A DNA stretch of 64,000 nt from Ophelia neglecta (Eukaryota): NCBI GenBank assembly GCA_965285935.1, contig OZ260661.1, forward strand, positions 85,746,001-85,810,000, written 5' to 3'. The position numbers and the translations under genes are program-made. A model generated the notes under the pieces. That model was not told the DNA's origin, ran no database searches, and was given only the letters and a program-made list of their open reading frames with translations. Of the stretch, positions 38,478-52,704 are shown in pieces (within the stretch, counting starts at the first letter, position 1; the number at the start of each line of letters is the position of its first letter).

Positions 38478-41400
38478 CCTCGTACATACCAGACAATACA
38501 TATTGATATGGAACATCAAAGAATTACAAAACCCAAATGAGCTTACTTGATAATTTGAGATTATTCACGAAAGGTTACATTTAGTTACATAACTAATTGG
38601 TATTTTGCATGTTTATGGCCATACAGGGGCAAAAATAATGTGTAAGATTCAGTTTTCCATTAAAACCCATAAAGGTAACAAGTTTTTTGGCAAAAAGCAG
38701 AAATTATGAGCAAATATGATGCTTCCCCATGCTAGATAAAGACCTGGTGATGTTTGTGAAGTGTATTTGGTCACTTTTATCTTATCAAAACGGTCTTTTA
38801 CCCAATGCCAACACAATTGTTATTTCAAAACATCGAACCACATTTTAACCATAAAAATAATTGGCAGAAATTTTGAGCAGGGTTTAATTTTGTATCAAAA
38901 CCTGAAATTCAGTTTTGAAAAAAGTGTGCGTGGTTTGACCCGACACTGGGGGCAAGTTACTGTTATGATGGTATTTTCTTGGCACTTTGAATGTTTTAGG
39001 ACTTGCATGCCACGAGACATGCCTTATATGAAGGAGCTGCTCTCCAACCCTCAGGAGAACTGACCTTATGAGCAGTTGATAAGGTGCTGTCCTCCCCGTC
39101 ACATTTATTAGAGGCCTCTCTGCTGCCTGTTGAGGAACTGTCTGACTACTGTATTCCTGAAGACAGATCAATTTATTTGAGAGCCTTTGGGGAGTGTCTC
39201 AGTATTACCAAGTACACAGTTTCTGTCAACATTAGTTCAGCTTTCTAAACAGCTTGTCTGACTTCTCCATGTTGGCACTGCCATGACCCATAATCTTTTC
39301 ATTGACACTTGTGGCTCTTCTGCCCCAAGTGATTTTGTTTTGCGTAGATTCCTTTGTCCTTGTTGTTGGTTTAGTACATGTAGCATTGACAATGCATGTT
39401 TAATGTGTTTCCTTTATCCAATGATTGCTAGATTAGATGACCATGACCATGTGAAGTTTGAACCTTTAAGGGACAATAGATATGGGGCAATAATGGAATC
39501 CATGTCTTATCTGACCATAAATACCATTCCTGCCCGAATTTCATGACTGTTGTTTTTTAGCCGAATGAAAATTTTCCCCTTTTAAAACAAGCCAGAAAAA
39601 AGGAAGAAAATCTGATATTAATTGAGCAACAATACTTCATATGAACTGGCTAGAATTTTTATTTTGTGAGACACATATCAGTATGCCTGGCTCAAACAAA
39701 TGGCAACACCAATATATATATACAATGTTTCATTGGCAACCGCCTGCATAAAAAGTTCCTGAGGAATCCTCTTGTATTGATATCCATGAAAATATAACCT
39801 ATTGACGAGAGGTTTAATGAGTTGCTGTATGAGATGCATGTTATCCCCACCATGGTTTAAACACAACTGCTTTTGGCTTCCCATTTATATTCATGTAAAT
39901 GATACAATTTTGACAAAACATTCACATCCTACGAATTGAGGCCCCCCTTATGGGCAGGGAACATCATGATTAATCCAAGAACAGAAAGTAAGAACCTTTA
40001 GAAATGAATTCAAGAAACCGAACGAAATTTGCATTCATGCGGCAGTGTTTTATGCTAATTATCAGCTGTCTGATTAACAAAGACAGCCTGCTTTGTTTCA
40101 GGTGATTTTGCTTTCTCAAATTTCCCTTTCTGAACTTTTCTCATTCCACAACTACAGGGCCATGATCTGCCTAGAATCTTAAACAGATAAGACAATGACA
40201 GAAAAAAGGCACTTGCATAATTGGCAATACAGTTGACAATGCCTTTGTTATCAAAGTTTACAGCCAAGTAGTTCGGATGGTGTGTTGGAGTTTATTGATG
40301 GTGCCCAGACCTGTTGCCAGCCAACACCGACAGTCACTTATCTGCAACCCTACCCAAAGATTTGCCTGAAATCCCTATCTTTATTCCATGTGTCAGAAGT
40401 GTGAGGTTGGGGTGAAGACAAATTGTTTTCTGAGCTCTCCAACTGGAAATATTAGATCTAGTGCTTTAGATGATCTGGCTGATTGTCCTAATGGGCAGAG
40501 GTCTTTTTGGTGTGGTGGATTACAGTCGTGGTTGAGCTTTATCCACTTTGCCGGATATAGAATACAAAATATCATTATCTGAATGATCAGAAAGACTGGG
40601 ACATGAGAATGCCATCAGGGACATACAGTCATTATGCAAAACGCCTACCTTCGTAAGTATATTTGGCAAAAGGGTTGCAGACAGATTTGGGCTGCCATTA
40701 CCCAAACTCACATCATCTGGGCCAGTTACCAATCTTTCCGGCCAAATTACTGAAGATGGTTTGTGGAAACAAATGTTATTATTCCATTTTATCTGGCCTC
40801 ACATAGATGAAAGCACAAGAGAAATTGGAAATGGGAATAGCATAATCACCCCATTTGAAAATTGAATTTTGAAAACCAATCAACTGAAATGAGGTTTGAG
40901 TCCCTGAAGCTTACTTGTTGTCACAAATATGATAATTATGCAATCAAACTGAGGCTTAGAGAAGTGACTTTTGGAGAGATTTCTGAGGAACCTATATCAT
41001 ATCCACACCCCATTTGGCTAACATCTTTTGTTTATCCCTGCCTCATGGCCGCTAGTCATTTGCCAAGACGATTGGTATTCTGCCGACGTATGCTGACTAT
41101 CCGAGAAAGTGAACACAGGATGTCAAGCCAGACAATTGGACTTCATTATTGGCCTAATTTGCATCTGTGTTGCAGAAGCGAGGTGGCTGTCCCATGCGCC
41201 CACATTTCTGCACCATTAGCAATCATGGATTCAATTTTACAGGGGAAGAAGGTGTGATCTTAGGAGGGAAAAATGCATAGGTGTGAGCAGAAAGAAAATA
41301 GGGTGCTAACCCACATTTAGTCAGATAGATTAGCCCTAGCCTGTCATTCTTGGCTCCCTGAACCAAGTCCAAGTCATCTTGATTCAGATATATTTGACTA

Positions 41401-44400
41401 CAGATCACACTGATCAATTCCATTAGCAAATGATTTTTAGCCTAAACAATTCAATTTCTAGGTTCCTTCAGGGATATGTTCATCAGCTGCGAATAATACT
41501 TTTGCAGGATTGGACCTATTGAACTCCATAAAACGTGTTTACTGCAAGTCCACCAAGGTTTATCACTGATCCTATCAAAAGCTTTGATTGAGAGTAGCAT
41601 ATCATTAATATGCAGAGCAGGACCTAGCTTCTAGTCAGGTGTTACAGGCGGGCTTGCAACCAACTTTGAAAGTCCAAGTCTAATGGATCAGTGTTTCCTC
41701 ATCCTACATATAATGGAATAGGCAAAGTGGTGTGGTCGATGTTAGCTGTCACCAGGCATCTTGTAGAACACAATAATTAAACATTGTCCCAGTCAGTTTG
41801 AAAGGGATCCACCTTATGAAAAGTTAATCCATATGCAATATTCTAGCAAAAATTCCCCCTCCTCTGAGAGTCAGTAGCAATTTGTTGTAGCGAGGAATGG
41901 TGACTAGTGTCGAATGTTAATTCACTCTGGCCAATGTGAATTACTTGTAGGGCTCTGTGATAAGAATGGATAATGAGAAACAATTAATGAATTTCAACCT
42001 TTGCTATTAATTGAAAGAGGGATTCTGTAATTAACAGAGCGTGCAATTGAAAGGGCGAAACTGTATTTCCACCATTGTTATTAACTGAGAAGGTAATAAC
42101 ACTAATGCATGATCATAATTTATAATGAAATGTTTCATGTTCAGTAAACTGCTGACATGAAAACATGCCTCAAACCTTATTTCTGCTTTATAAGAATCTA
42201 CTGCAAGAATCTGTGTGGTTTCTTGGTGATTTTGTTGTGCATGTAGCACCAATCAGTGGCATGGTTCAAAAGCTGTGGACCTATCTGAAGTAAGCCACGG
42301 CAATATGATGAATCATGTCCATAAGAAAAGAATTGTCATGAATGCCAAAAGGGACATGATTTAAAGCTGAAGCACACTAAATCATACTGTTGTGATCTCT
42401 TTAAAAGAGACAATGGTTAAATTCGCCGACAAATTATCTGTCACCTGCATTTTGTGTTATTACACGGTCAATTTGAGGCAGCCTAAGCTGTGAGTGGCTT
42501 TCTGGTGGTCAGTCCCCACAGTCAGCTGACGCTACTGTCACCTGTCTACAGGTAGAGAAACAATTATTAATTTACCCCTATCTTCTGATTAATTGACTTT
42601 CTCTCCCTCCAAGTGCAATGACAGCAGACAATTATTTCCCCATTTATATCTTGTGAATATACAGATCAGTGTGATTTTCATTGTAGTATTCAGCCCTTAC
42701 AATACTTAACAACAATTTATCATCAGTTCATTTTTCTCTGTAGTCACATTGCTACAATGACTAAGAGAATTTTTGGTTGTGAATTTCCAACTAATTGTTC
42801 ATGTTATTTTAATGAAATAGTTCTTCTTTTATATGTTTCCTATAAGATTTTGTTTTGGACAGTATTTCTGTGATTCCATTTCTTACATGGGCACATATAT
42901 TCACTAGCATGTTCCAGATCCAAGCAGCTTGTTCAAGAAAAAAAGAGCAAAGACTTAATTAATAAAAATACAAAAAATACTGCTTATTTTATCGTTGCCA
43001 CCTGCCTTAAGTGTGCCCAGTTTGCGATCACTGTCTTCCCTATTAATAAAGCAGACATTTTTAAAGAAATAAACACACCTTTACAGATTTGATATCAATG
43101 ATACCATGTAAATCAACACTTATTTGCTCAATAAAAGATAAGTTTTAGTTTCTGTCTCCTCCAAAAGCTTCCCCATTATATACCAGTAGTATTTGTAGCT
43201 TGACCCTAGATCCAAGAAAATAATTCGAACTCATACATCAACGAGGCGCAATGCAAATTTATGATTTTTAAAATAACATTAGGTCACAGGGAATTGAGTC
43301 TCTAGTATCTGTTTTGGTCCAGAAATTTATTTTTGTTAAACACCAGTTTACCTGACACCAGTATTACCCATTACTCTACCAGTAACTAAGGTCTGAGCAT
43401 GAAAAGTTTCCTTTCCCTGTTATGCCCCTACGTGGAACCTAATTGAATATCACATTAATCTGTGTTTGAGATAGCGATTGAGTTAAATTTTTCACCAAAT
43501 CACATGTTCATGAGAAGATGAACCAACAGAGGAAAAATGCTGTAATTCTCAGCAAACTGCTTGGTAATTGTAGATTTGGCAAATAGCAATAAATCAAGAG
43601 CTAGGTAAATTGATTGGCCAAACAAATTTGAATGTCAATTGATTATCCAAATAAATTTAAAAGGCTCCCCTGACATGATGCACCAGCACTAATATTTGTC
43701 CAGATCAAGTGTGGCCCAAGACGCTTACAGAATATTGAGTGAGACACATTGGAAAAATTCCATGCTCATTTTGATGGGGTTTCTTCTTCATTTCTGGTGA
43801 TTTATTATTTCCTAGATTAGATTTAGAAAAATATCCATGAAGGAATCTTAGCCATAAACACTTGAATTTGGATGGAGAAGCCTTGAGCTGATGGCAGAGA
43901 GAGCTGTTGGAATACCAATTGTGCTTGTCTTGAGAGCAATTCCAAACTTTAATGAAAATTCTAGAAATACCCTCAATAACTTTCTAACTCGAGTACCATC
44001 AACAAGTATCTGTTAGGTTTCTCTCATTTTGCTGAGTGCCTCCAATCTATAAGAAGCTACTCAGAATACAAATGTCTCATTGCTCTTTTATGATTTCTAA
44101 ATAAGGCCGGGTAACTACCTTGACAATTTGCAGTGCTGCTTGGGGTCACATCATGGACTATGAAACGTCTGCTAGATATAATATGAATAGTTCACCATTC
44201 AATTTGTTTAAAGGAAAATTCCAGCATGTCATATATTTCTCTGTGTTTTATGCTAAATTGGTAAGGACACACCAGTAAATATATTGTGGCAAATTATTAA
44301 TTCATCCAGTTATAATTGAATGTATTATCAGCATAAAATAAAGTGTCTAGACAAAACACATTAGCATGCAAAAATACCAGTCAAATACCACATGGCACCT

Positions 44401-44779
44401 TGCTCTAGTAGTCTGTTTTATTGTACTTCTACAGTGTAACTTGAAACTCGCATACACTTATAGTCTCTGTCAAGTTTTAATTATTAACATCTATCACCGC
44501 ACAGCAAATGTTCCTCAGCTGCTTCACTGTCAAATTTAATTTATCTGTAAAGTGACTTTTTAAGCTCAGTATGAAAGTCAGTCTAATTGATGATAAAGAC
44601 AAATTTTAAATTTTGTTTATAGAGCAATTCACTCATTCACAACAACACATCCAAACTAGTCCTAATAACAAGTTCCCATATCCTTCTGCCACTTTCTAAA
44701 ACATAATGGTATAATAACAAATGGATCATATGTTCCTGTAATGCTTTTTGCTTTCAATGTCTAGTTTTATTATTTTTAG

Positions 44780-44859
44780 GAGGCCCACCAAGAAGACGAA
44801 GCATGACAGCAGTGGCCATGGAAATCTTTGAAACCCACCAAGGCACACATATACTTCAG
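44780..44859 (+). CDS. trh: trachealess/NPAS1-3 linker exon between bHLH and PAS-A (80 nt, phase 1 in, phase 0 out)
   Basis: Acceptor ttttattattttTAG ends at 44779; perfect donor CAG|GTAAGT at 44860. Translates (G)GPPRRRSMTAVAMEIFETHQGTHILQ, matching the Trh 'FEQHQGTHILQ' and NPAS3 '[23 protein letters not shown]' linker. Phases join both flanking exons in frame. Not in the ORF track. Confidence 0.96.
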
Positions 44860-46145
44860 GTAAGTGATCATTGGTACGCAGCATGCAGGTCATGTTAACA
44901 GAAAAAGTGTTCTCGGTCAATAGCAGCCCCCAGTGCATATAACATACAAGTTAATCAGAAGCATTTGACTTTTTCATTGATAATAAAATGGCATGTTACA
45001 AACAGAATAATTCCTTAAATATCCAACAAATGGCACTGGCCAAGTGGTGCCACATCAACAGGAAAATAACAGTTTTTAAACTAATATCATGCATATCTAG
45101 TCCGCTCTACAGTCCCCCTGCTCTGATTTTTTATATACTGCTATACACCTCGTAGGTCAGTATGATATTATGAAGGTTGCAAAATATTACTGGTGGCTGT
45201 TGGTGTCTGACTAATGGATATCAGATGTATACTCTATTATTGTATAAATATTAACATATCTATCAAATCCTTTTTACTGATAATTTTTTGTTTGGCGTAA
45301 GTCTATAAATCAAATTAATCTCCCCATCGCTTTTAGTGGTTACAGAATCTATATTACAGTTCTCTACCATCAAATTCTAATATGTTATTGTACGTCAATA
45401 TATATATATATACGAAATTGTCCATAATGTCTACTCCAATATTGTATTATTTAAAACATTATGCCTGAGATTAATAAACAAATTAAAAACTTTATCATTA
45501 ACAAAGCTTGTTAATATTAAACTCTAGCAAGACACTACAATATAAATAAAAAATTGAATAATTCACTGTTATTCGTTTAAGCGAACAATATGCTAGGCTG
45601 CCTATCCCCCAGTTCACCACCGTTGCACAGCTGTTTATCACTCATTATCTTCTGAATATTGTTAGAGATTTCAGGATTTCCTGAACCTTCTACCACATCA
45701 TAAACTAACAAACTAGCTTTGAATTGATTTTGTACTAATTTGTTATAAGTATAGAGCATCAATATTTCGGCAAAACAGAGTTTAATGTAAAAATGATTAC
45801 TGGGTTTCATTAGGTTCTGTAGCTGAAGAAAAGATACTTCTAATTCCATCATTTCTCGAACTAGTTCTAGCATCAATAAAAAAAAGTGATACAAAGCATT
45901 ATTATCATGGATTGTTTTAAAGATTATTTCTCTGACTGAACACATAGCTATTTTGAAAATTTGTTGCTTAGATTTCAAATAGGACAAATTCAAATATAAA
46001 GTTCAGCAGGTCCTTTTAAAATAACTTCTTATAATTGATCAATACATTTAATGAGTATATCAAGCAGTGTGAATGTATCAGAAGGCCTTCATGTTCAGTT
46101 ATTTCTAAGTAATGTTATGTAAACCTCTATGTGTTGTAATGGAGT

Positions 46146-46376
46146 TCAAGGTCTATTTCAAGGTCATGCATAGCTTACTTGCATATAAATGCCTTTAGCA
46201 GGTTCGTGCATCTCACATATTTATTGGGAACATCTTTTTATTTCAATTTGCCTTGGAGAAAAGCAGGTTAAGGTCAATTTCAAAGTAAGCAGTAGATTTC
46301 TGGTCTATGAATTCCTACTAGTGAATTCCTTAAAAACAGGCCAAGGTCAAATTCAAGGTAACAAGCAGATTCCTGG
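46146..46376. repeat. Degenerate repeat of paired AAGGTCA-like motifs
   Basis: caggttaaggtcaatttcaaagtaagcagtagatttctgg (46264-46303) aligns to caggccaaggtcaaattcaaggtaacaagcagattcctgg (46337-46376); a third partial copy lies at 46146-46166. Confidence 0.6.
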
Positions 46377-49300
46377 CATATGTTATCCTAGTACATGCAT
46401 GTAGTCTACACCCTTAACAGGTCTGTCTCACACCATTTTCCACCAGGAGGTAAAAGGATAAAACTGCAAACCAAAATTTGAATTTCGTTGGCCAATTCTG
46501 ACTTGAACCATTAAAATGCATTAAAATGTCAGAGAGGTGGCAGAATGTAAAAAGGTTTAACCAGGACAGTGGTTTTGGAAGAGATTATTTTAGAGTTTTA
46601 TATTGGTATAGGTTTACAGTAATACATAGGCCCCAGCAAACTACGTAACACAGAATTGAGAGAGATAGATGAACTAGGCATGCACATGTACTAATTAAGT
46701 TGTATGAATTTTGTTTGTTCAGAAGAAGTTGGCAGTATTAATTATGGGTGGATGCAAGGGGTTGATAGATGGAGGGAGGGTGGGGCAGATACAGCAATGA
46801 ATATCCAGCAGATGCCAACATAATTTGATGAGCACGGCTAGCTCTAGGAAAGTGAACAAGTAAACCTGCTTTATTTCTATCTACCATGATGTCATTAAAT
46901 CATAGGTTCTTTTACTCTTATGTTAGATTGAAAATTCATTTTTTATATTTTTTAAAGAATAAAAATGTAAACAGAAATAAAGACATGTTCCACTGAATTT
47001 ATTCTGTTTAGCAAGAATAAATTATTAAATTATTATGAAAATAAAGAATCATCAGGTTTTTTTATATATTACATTTTAAGTGTAACTTGACAATCATGAT
47101 GAATGTTTCACTGCATTCTGATAATACGTTGTTTATAATGAAAAATTGAGTAAAACTAGCTGTTTTTTAAGACACTATTACTTCATCCAAAGTCATACTG
47201 AGAGAAGTATGCTTATTTTGCTTATCTCTTAATTTGGGAAAGACATGTTTGTCTTGGCACCTGTGATCTGAAGCCAAAACCAATATACACAGCCTGTATC
47301 CTAGCCAATCCAGCCAAGCTGAAATGGCCATACCAAACAGTGTGCCTTGGCTTGAATTTAGCAGAAACATGCCTGGAAAAATGATCAGCTTCAGCAGGTG
47401 GTCTAAATCAGCTGTATTTGCCAGTTTAATAACATTTCGCTTGCTCTTGGGCAATTTTGTTCAGCCAAGGGAAAGAAGCTGTCCAAAAAGACTGAGGGCC
47501 TTTTCCTTACACAGATTGATAATCAGGCAATATTTGCACCCAAAAAGACACATCTATTTAGTTACAAGTCAATTCAAACCAAGTCAAAAAACTAATATTC
47601 TTATTATGCAAAAGTTCTTGGTAGTCTGTAAAGGCATAGAAAATTCGGAGATTCATTCAATAATGATTTCATTTAATGAATTCTCATTCTTAGTGAAAGT
47701 AATCTACATCAGCAAGATACGACTGCTGAAGGGATTGGGTCTTGGCTTCCTTGAATGTATCATATTTTTTTAGTGAAAGCAAGCCTTCCTCAATCTTTAA
47801 CATTTACAGTAGTACACAAAGAAATACAATGGTGTTCATGTTCAGCAAATTGTGTCACTTTTGTATAAAGATCTTATACATGTACATTGTTTAATTAAGA
47901 AATAGTTAATCACACAAACCTCACAAAGTGACACAAAGAACAAATGAAAAAGGCTTAGAACAAAGTGAACCCAAGGATGACCACTTGTTACATGGATCAG
48001 TCTGACAGTCACTTAGCCAATGAGCTGACCAAGGGTTAAGCTTTTGTCTTCCAGCTGTCCTCAGAATGTCCAGGCTTCTCATGTATTAGTCTGACTAATT
48101 TGGCACCCCCAGCCAGCTGACCTGAAAACTGTTTACAGCCTGGAGCACTTAAGGGGTATGACCTGTAGAGCCCCCAGACGACACACATTGGTATAATTAT
48201 CCAACACTTTCAACATACTGCAACCATACATATTTATTAAATTGGTATAAACATGTTTATTAAGACACATACAATGCTTTGATTTACAATGCTTCTTTTT
48301 AAAAAGATTCTCATAGGTAGGATTCTGAGTAAAATGACCCTTGCAAACAATTTACTTTTATTTTCCTCTAAAGTTGCATTTCCCTATTTCCGCTGCACCT
48401 CAGATAAAATCATTAAGGAAATCCCAAAGGCTCGACTAATGAAACATATCAGCAAAAACTGGGGAGGGGGAGGACAAGTTTGGATGGGCTGTCTAATGAG
48501 GTGCTGGGTTTGAAGGCTGAAGCCGGGATGGTATGTAAATCCACAGGCTAAACTACAAAGTGTCTGGCTGGGAACATATTAACCATGTACATGTAGCTGG
48601 ACTGACTGAATAGGACAATGTGACTGTAAGAAACACAAGCAGATATGGCTTGACTGTACACAGCCAATAAACTTCCTTGGTCAGCTAAAAAGTGATGTAG
48701 AGGCTGAGATGAAGAATGTGACTCTAACAAATGGTTTCAGACTTTGCAGGCTGCTGAAGAGACAAGTTGAGTTGAGTGAGACATGGATAATGTGGTCTAA
48801 TGCCAACTCATCCCACTGCATATTTTCACAGATGATTGCCCCAGATGATTGTATTTTGACAGCGAGAAGTTTGCAAGCTGTATTGTGAGCCCCCCACTCC
48901 TGAAGGTCTTTGATTGCTTCCACGTCATTGGTGCCCATCCGAGCAGGGGCTGTAGTTCATATTGTACGGTCCTGTCCTCTGGCACTGGGGTCCATTTCCC
49001 TGACCCATATTGCCCTCAGTCTGCCCCGTCTGGCACTGAACACTCCCAGACATGGCACTGGAGACCATTGGTCACCAACCTGGAACAAATGACAGATATT
49101 TTTCACAGATCTCTGATGGATCCTCTCTGTGGGTAATAGCCCTCAAAGACCTTGCCTCGACATTGACCTTTTTGCTGTCTTCATGCTTGTTGCACTTGGT
49201 CTGGCAGACAACATTCTCCTGGAGTCCCTGAAGAAAATACAAGGGCTAATAATTTCCATGTTTATCACATAAGGCAACAATTCACACCAGGAAATTGACA

Positions 49301-49872
49301 CATGTGGCACTTGGATTAGCCTAGCTCTCCGTGGCTGCCCCTCTAAATTTCAATGTATCTGCCATCCAGCATTATTGCCTTATTTGGTCTAGTCTATAAA
49401 TGTAAATAGATTGTCAGTTATCCCATAATTCTCCTGCCATTTTTCATGCTTTATTGCCATCTCAAGGCAGTCTCATCTGTGCTCATTATTCCATTTTCTG
49501 TTGACCTCCACAAGCAAAATGGCAGAGAGGTAGGCAGGAATTTATGTCAAACTCGTATAGTTATGGGGAAGAGAGAAGGGGGTCCGAGATCTTACACAAC
49601 ATAACATAAGGTCATCTATTTTCACACAAAACACACCAGCCTTTTGTTATTATCACAGATTTTAAATGAAATAATGAGCTCCCTTACATATTTTATGTTC
49701 AATAAAGCTGAACATTCAGGTATCACAATAAATATATATAATCCCCCTATACATATATTTACATGTATACTTACATGTAAATGAACATGTCCCCGACTGT
49801 AGATCCATATACTGATAGGTCTATGTAACAGCCCTACTCATTATTGAAGTTTTAGTGGCTGGAGAAATCACC

Positions 49873-50310
49873 ATTTGCTACTAACGATGGTAACCTGGGT
49901 GACAAGCCCATGTACTGTACCTAGGAAGTTAACCTAGGTTACCTTCACATGTTCTCTACCTAGAAATTTAACCTAGGTTACCTACCCATGTACTTTTCCT
50001 GCGGCAGTAACCTGGGTTATATCTACCCATGTAATTTTCCTGCAAAAGTAATCTGGGTAACCTACCCATGTACTTTTCCTGCGAAAGAAGCCCATGTTAC
50101 CTACCCAAGTACTTTTCCTGCGACAGTAACCTGGGTTGCCTACCAATGTACTGTACCTTTGAAGTTTCCCTAGGTTACCTGCACATGTAATCTACTTAGG
50201 AATTTAACCTGGGTTACCTACCCATGTAATTTTCCTGCGACAGAAACCTGGGTTATCTACCAATGTTCTTTTCCTGTGACGGTAACCTGGGTTACAGTTT
50301 AGTAGCAAAT
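49873..50310. mobile_element. TIR-bounded element filled with ~10.5 tandem 39-40 bp palindrome-containing units
   Basis: Ends ATTTGCTACTAA / TTAGTAGCAAAT (perfect 12-bp inverted repeat). Internal unit aacct(g/a)ggttacctacccatgtacttttcctgcgacagt. No clear TSD. Confidence 0.7.
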
Positions 50311-52597
50311 ATAAGCCCTAGCTGCTGAGCCAGATACACTTTATGTCAAACAATTAAACAGAGTCAACATAGCCACTCAAAAATGAGCTTTTTGTTTTTA
50401 AAAATTGCTGGCGTTTAAGTACTTTATGGTCTTAATATGGTATTTTCCTTAATAATCTTAAGTTGACAAACACTGCCAGCCTTGTCCATATATGTATATA
50501 ATTGGCTTATTTATAAAGAATGTAATATTTACAATGAAAATATACAATAATTGATAGTTCAGCAAGTAAATATTAGGAAGTATAACTGGAATGAGTCTGC
50601 TCTGTGTGTGTGCTGGAATCAATCCAATGTGATCAGAATGCTATTAACATTCAACACTGTAGCAGATGTCAGCTGAGATCTCTTTCTGGTAGGGTTTCGG
50701 TATATTTGATCTCTTCAGAAAGTTTAGGGGAGGGGTCAATAGCGATATGTAACCCAAGCCTGGGAAACCAGCATTTGGTCAACATCTAGGATAGGGATAG
50801 TTGTGTTGGATATTGATATGTGAAAAATTTGTCTTCCAAGCACGATGGCTACAAGTTAAATTTCAGAGAAAGATAAAGGAGAAATCAGGCACACCATATT
50901 ATAAATTACAAGGTAGTATACCCTTTAGATTCAGTATCCACATTTCTTCTAGGAGATACATGTATATCATATTTGATTTACCCATTTAACAATACTAGGC
51001 CAAAGAAAATATACCAGATAAATGCTACAGCAATCATTTTGAATTGTGGTATATAAGATTTGACATTTTTACTAGAGAAAAATAAATATTTACTAGCAGG
51101 CAGTTGCTATTTGGAAAAGTCTATGTTGATATTGTTCCTGTTAATTCATTTTATGTCCCCAACTATTTTGCTGTAGCCTGCATTAAACATTTGTCTTCAT
51201 GAAGATCTGCCATTTTATGTCCTGTTTTAAAGTAGTGCAACAAAATTAACTACTGCACAACATACTATGCATGTGTAACATTCAATTCTGCTAGTCCAAA
51301 CAATCATATGGGTTAGTTTAAAATTTCATTACTTGCATTGTTTTGCTAGCGGATATGAAAGTTGCTCTGTAGGCCTGGACTTTCTTGGGAGGGTCATCAG
51401 CAGTCTTTGATGAAGCAGGTCAATGAGGTGATGATAAAGAAAGCATTCAATGAACAAGCCACCGATGCTTTAAAAGTATCCTTGTCATTGCTCAAGTCTT
51501 TTCAGGGGTGTATTTGTGGCTGATTTACTGCTATGTAGAGTGACGTATATTTCTCCCTGGCAGCCCTAGGTGCTGATCAAAGTCTTGTTTGGTCATGATC
51601 TAGGACTCCCTGTGTGCAACTTCAAAATTGAAAATCATATGGCACAAGGGCAACGTGGGAAGCTGCCGCATAACATTTCATGTCCTCCCCCGTTTGTGCT
51701 GACACATTTAGCCATGAATTACAAGTCCTCAGGCACGGGAGCAGCAAAAACCTCATGGTTCAAAGTGGCTTTGTATGACATTACCACCATCTCCCTCATG
51801 TATCTTAAATCTTGGAAACTGCATGTAGAAACAGAGCAGGGCAAGCCCTTCACGATTCTTGCTAGCTTTACTGGTTTTCTCTACTCCACGGGTCTGGGAA
51901 AGGCAGTCCTGGTTTAGGTTCATAGGTCCACTAGGACCTGGACAAAGAGTCACCTAAGACGTACACACCCCTGTTGTTTTGAGGCAGAATGTATAGCCAT
52001 TCTTATAACAACTATTAAAAGACATTGAAAAAATTATTTCATCTAACCCTTTTCATAAATTATTATTCAGTGTAATAAAATTTTATGAATGTATGGTATT
52101 AGAAATATTAATTTATATCAACTTTCCTGGTTTTTCCTTAACTGCCAAATGATTACTATCCAAGAAACATATATGGGAAGTGAAAAAGCTCACTTATTAT
52201 TAAGGCAGTGCCCATACATGTACTAGTAATACATATTCCTGTCTTCCTGTGCATATTTGACATGTACAGGTGAAGTATATTATGTGTATCAGCACTTATT
52301 TTATAAGATGCTAGGTATTGACTCTATAATTTATTTACAGCATACATTCTTACTCTGTATGATTTACCAAAAGTATACATTATTACTATGTATTCCTTTA
52401 AAATAAAATAAACATATCAATGGCATATATATTTTTATCTGTGATACAGGGTACAAAACATTTTGCAGTCCAATAAATTCTTATCTGGTCACTAGAAACC
52501 TGATTAATGGCAAATTGCTGGATGTCAAAGTTTCATGGAATGTGTGTTTAGGAATGTTTACCTCAAGGGGTGTAAGGGGCATTTCACACTTAAAATT

Positions 52598-52704
52598 GGA
52601 CCCTTAACCCTCGGGATGGGCATGGACTATTAACCCTTGGGATTGGCATGGACTCTTAACCCTGGGGATGGGCAAGGACCCATAACCCTTGGGATGGGGC
52701 AGGG
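52598..52704. repeat. 26-bp minisatellite, 4 copies
   Basis: ggacnnttaaccctngggatgggcat; the (t/a)taaccct core recurs at 52604, 52630, 52656 and 52682. Confidence 0.9.

Noticed and set aside
40629-40652. Possible 24-nt phase 1-1 microexon (VIMQNAYL) before GTAAGT
   Set aside because: The frame is compatible, but the acceptor is purine-rich with no pyrimidine tract; chance is likely in an 11-kb intron.
45577-45993. Longer intronic ORFs (138 aa here; also 40862-41257, 47324-47773, 59355-59777)
   Set aside because: No recognisable domains and composition typical of random AT-rich frames.
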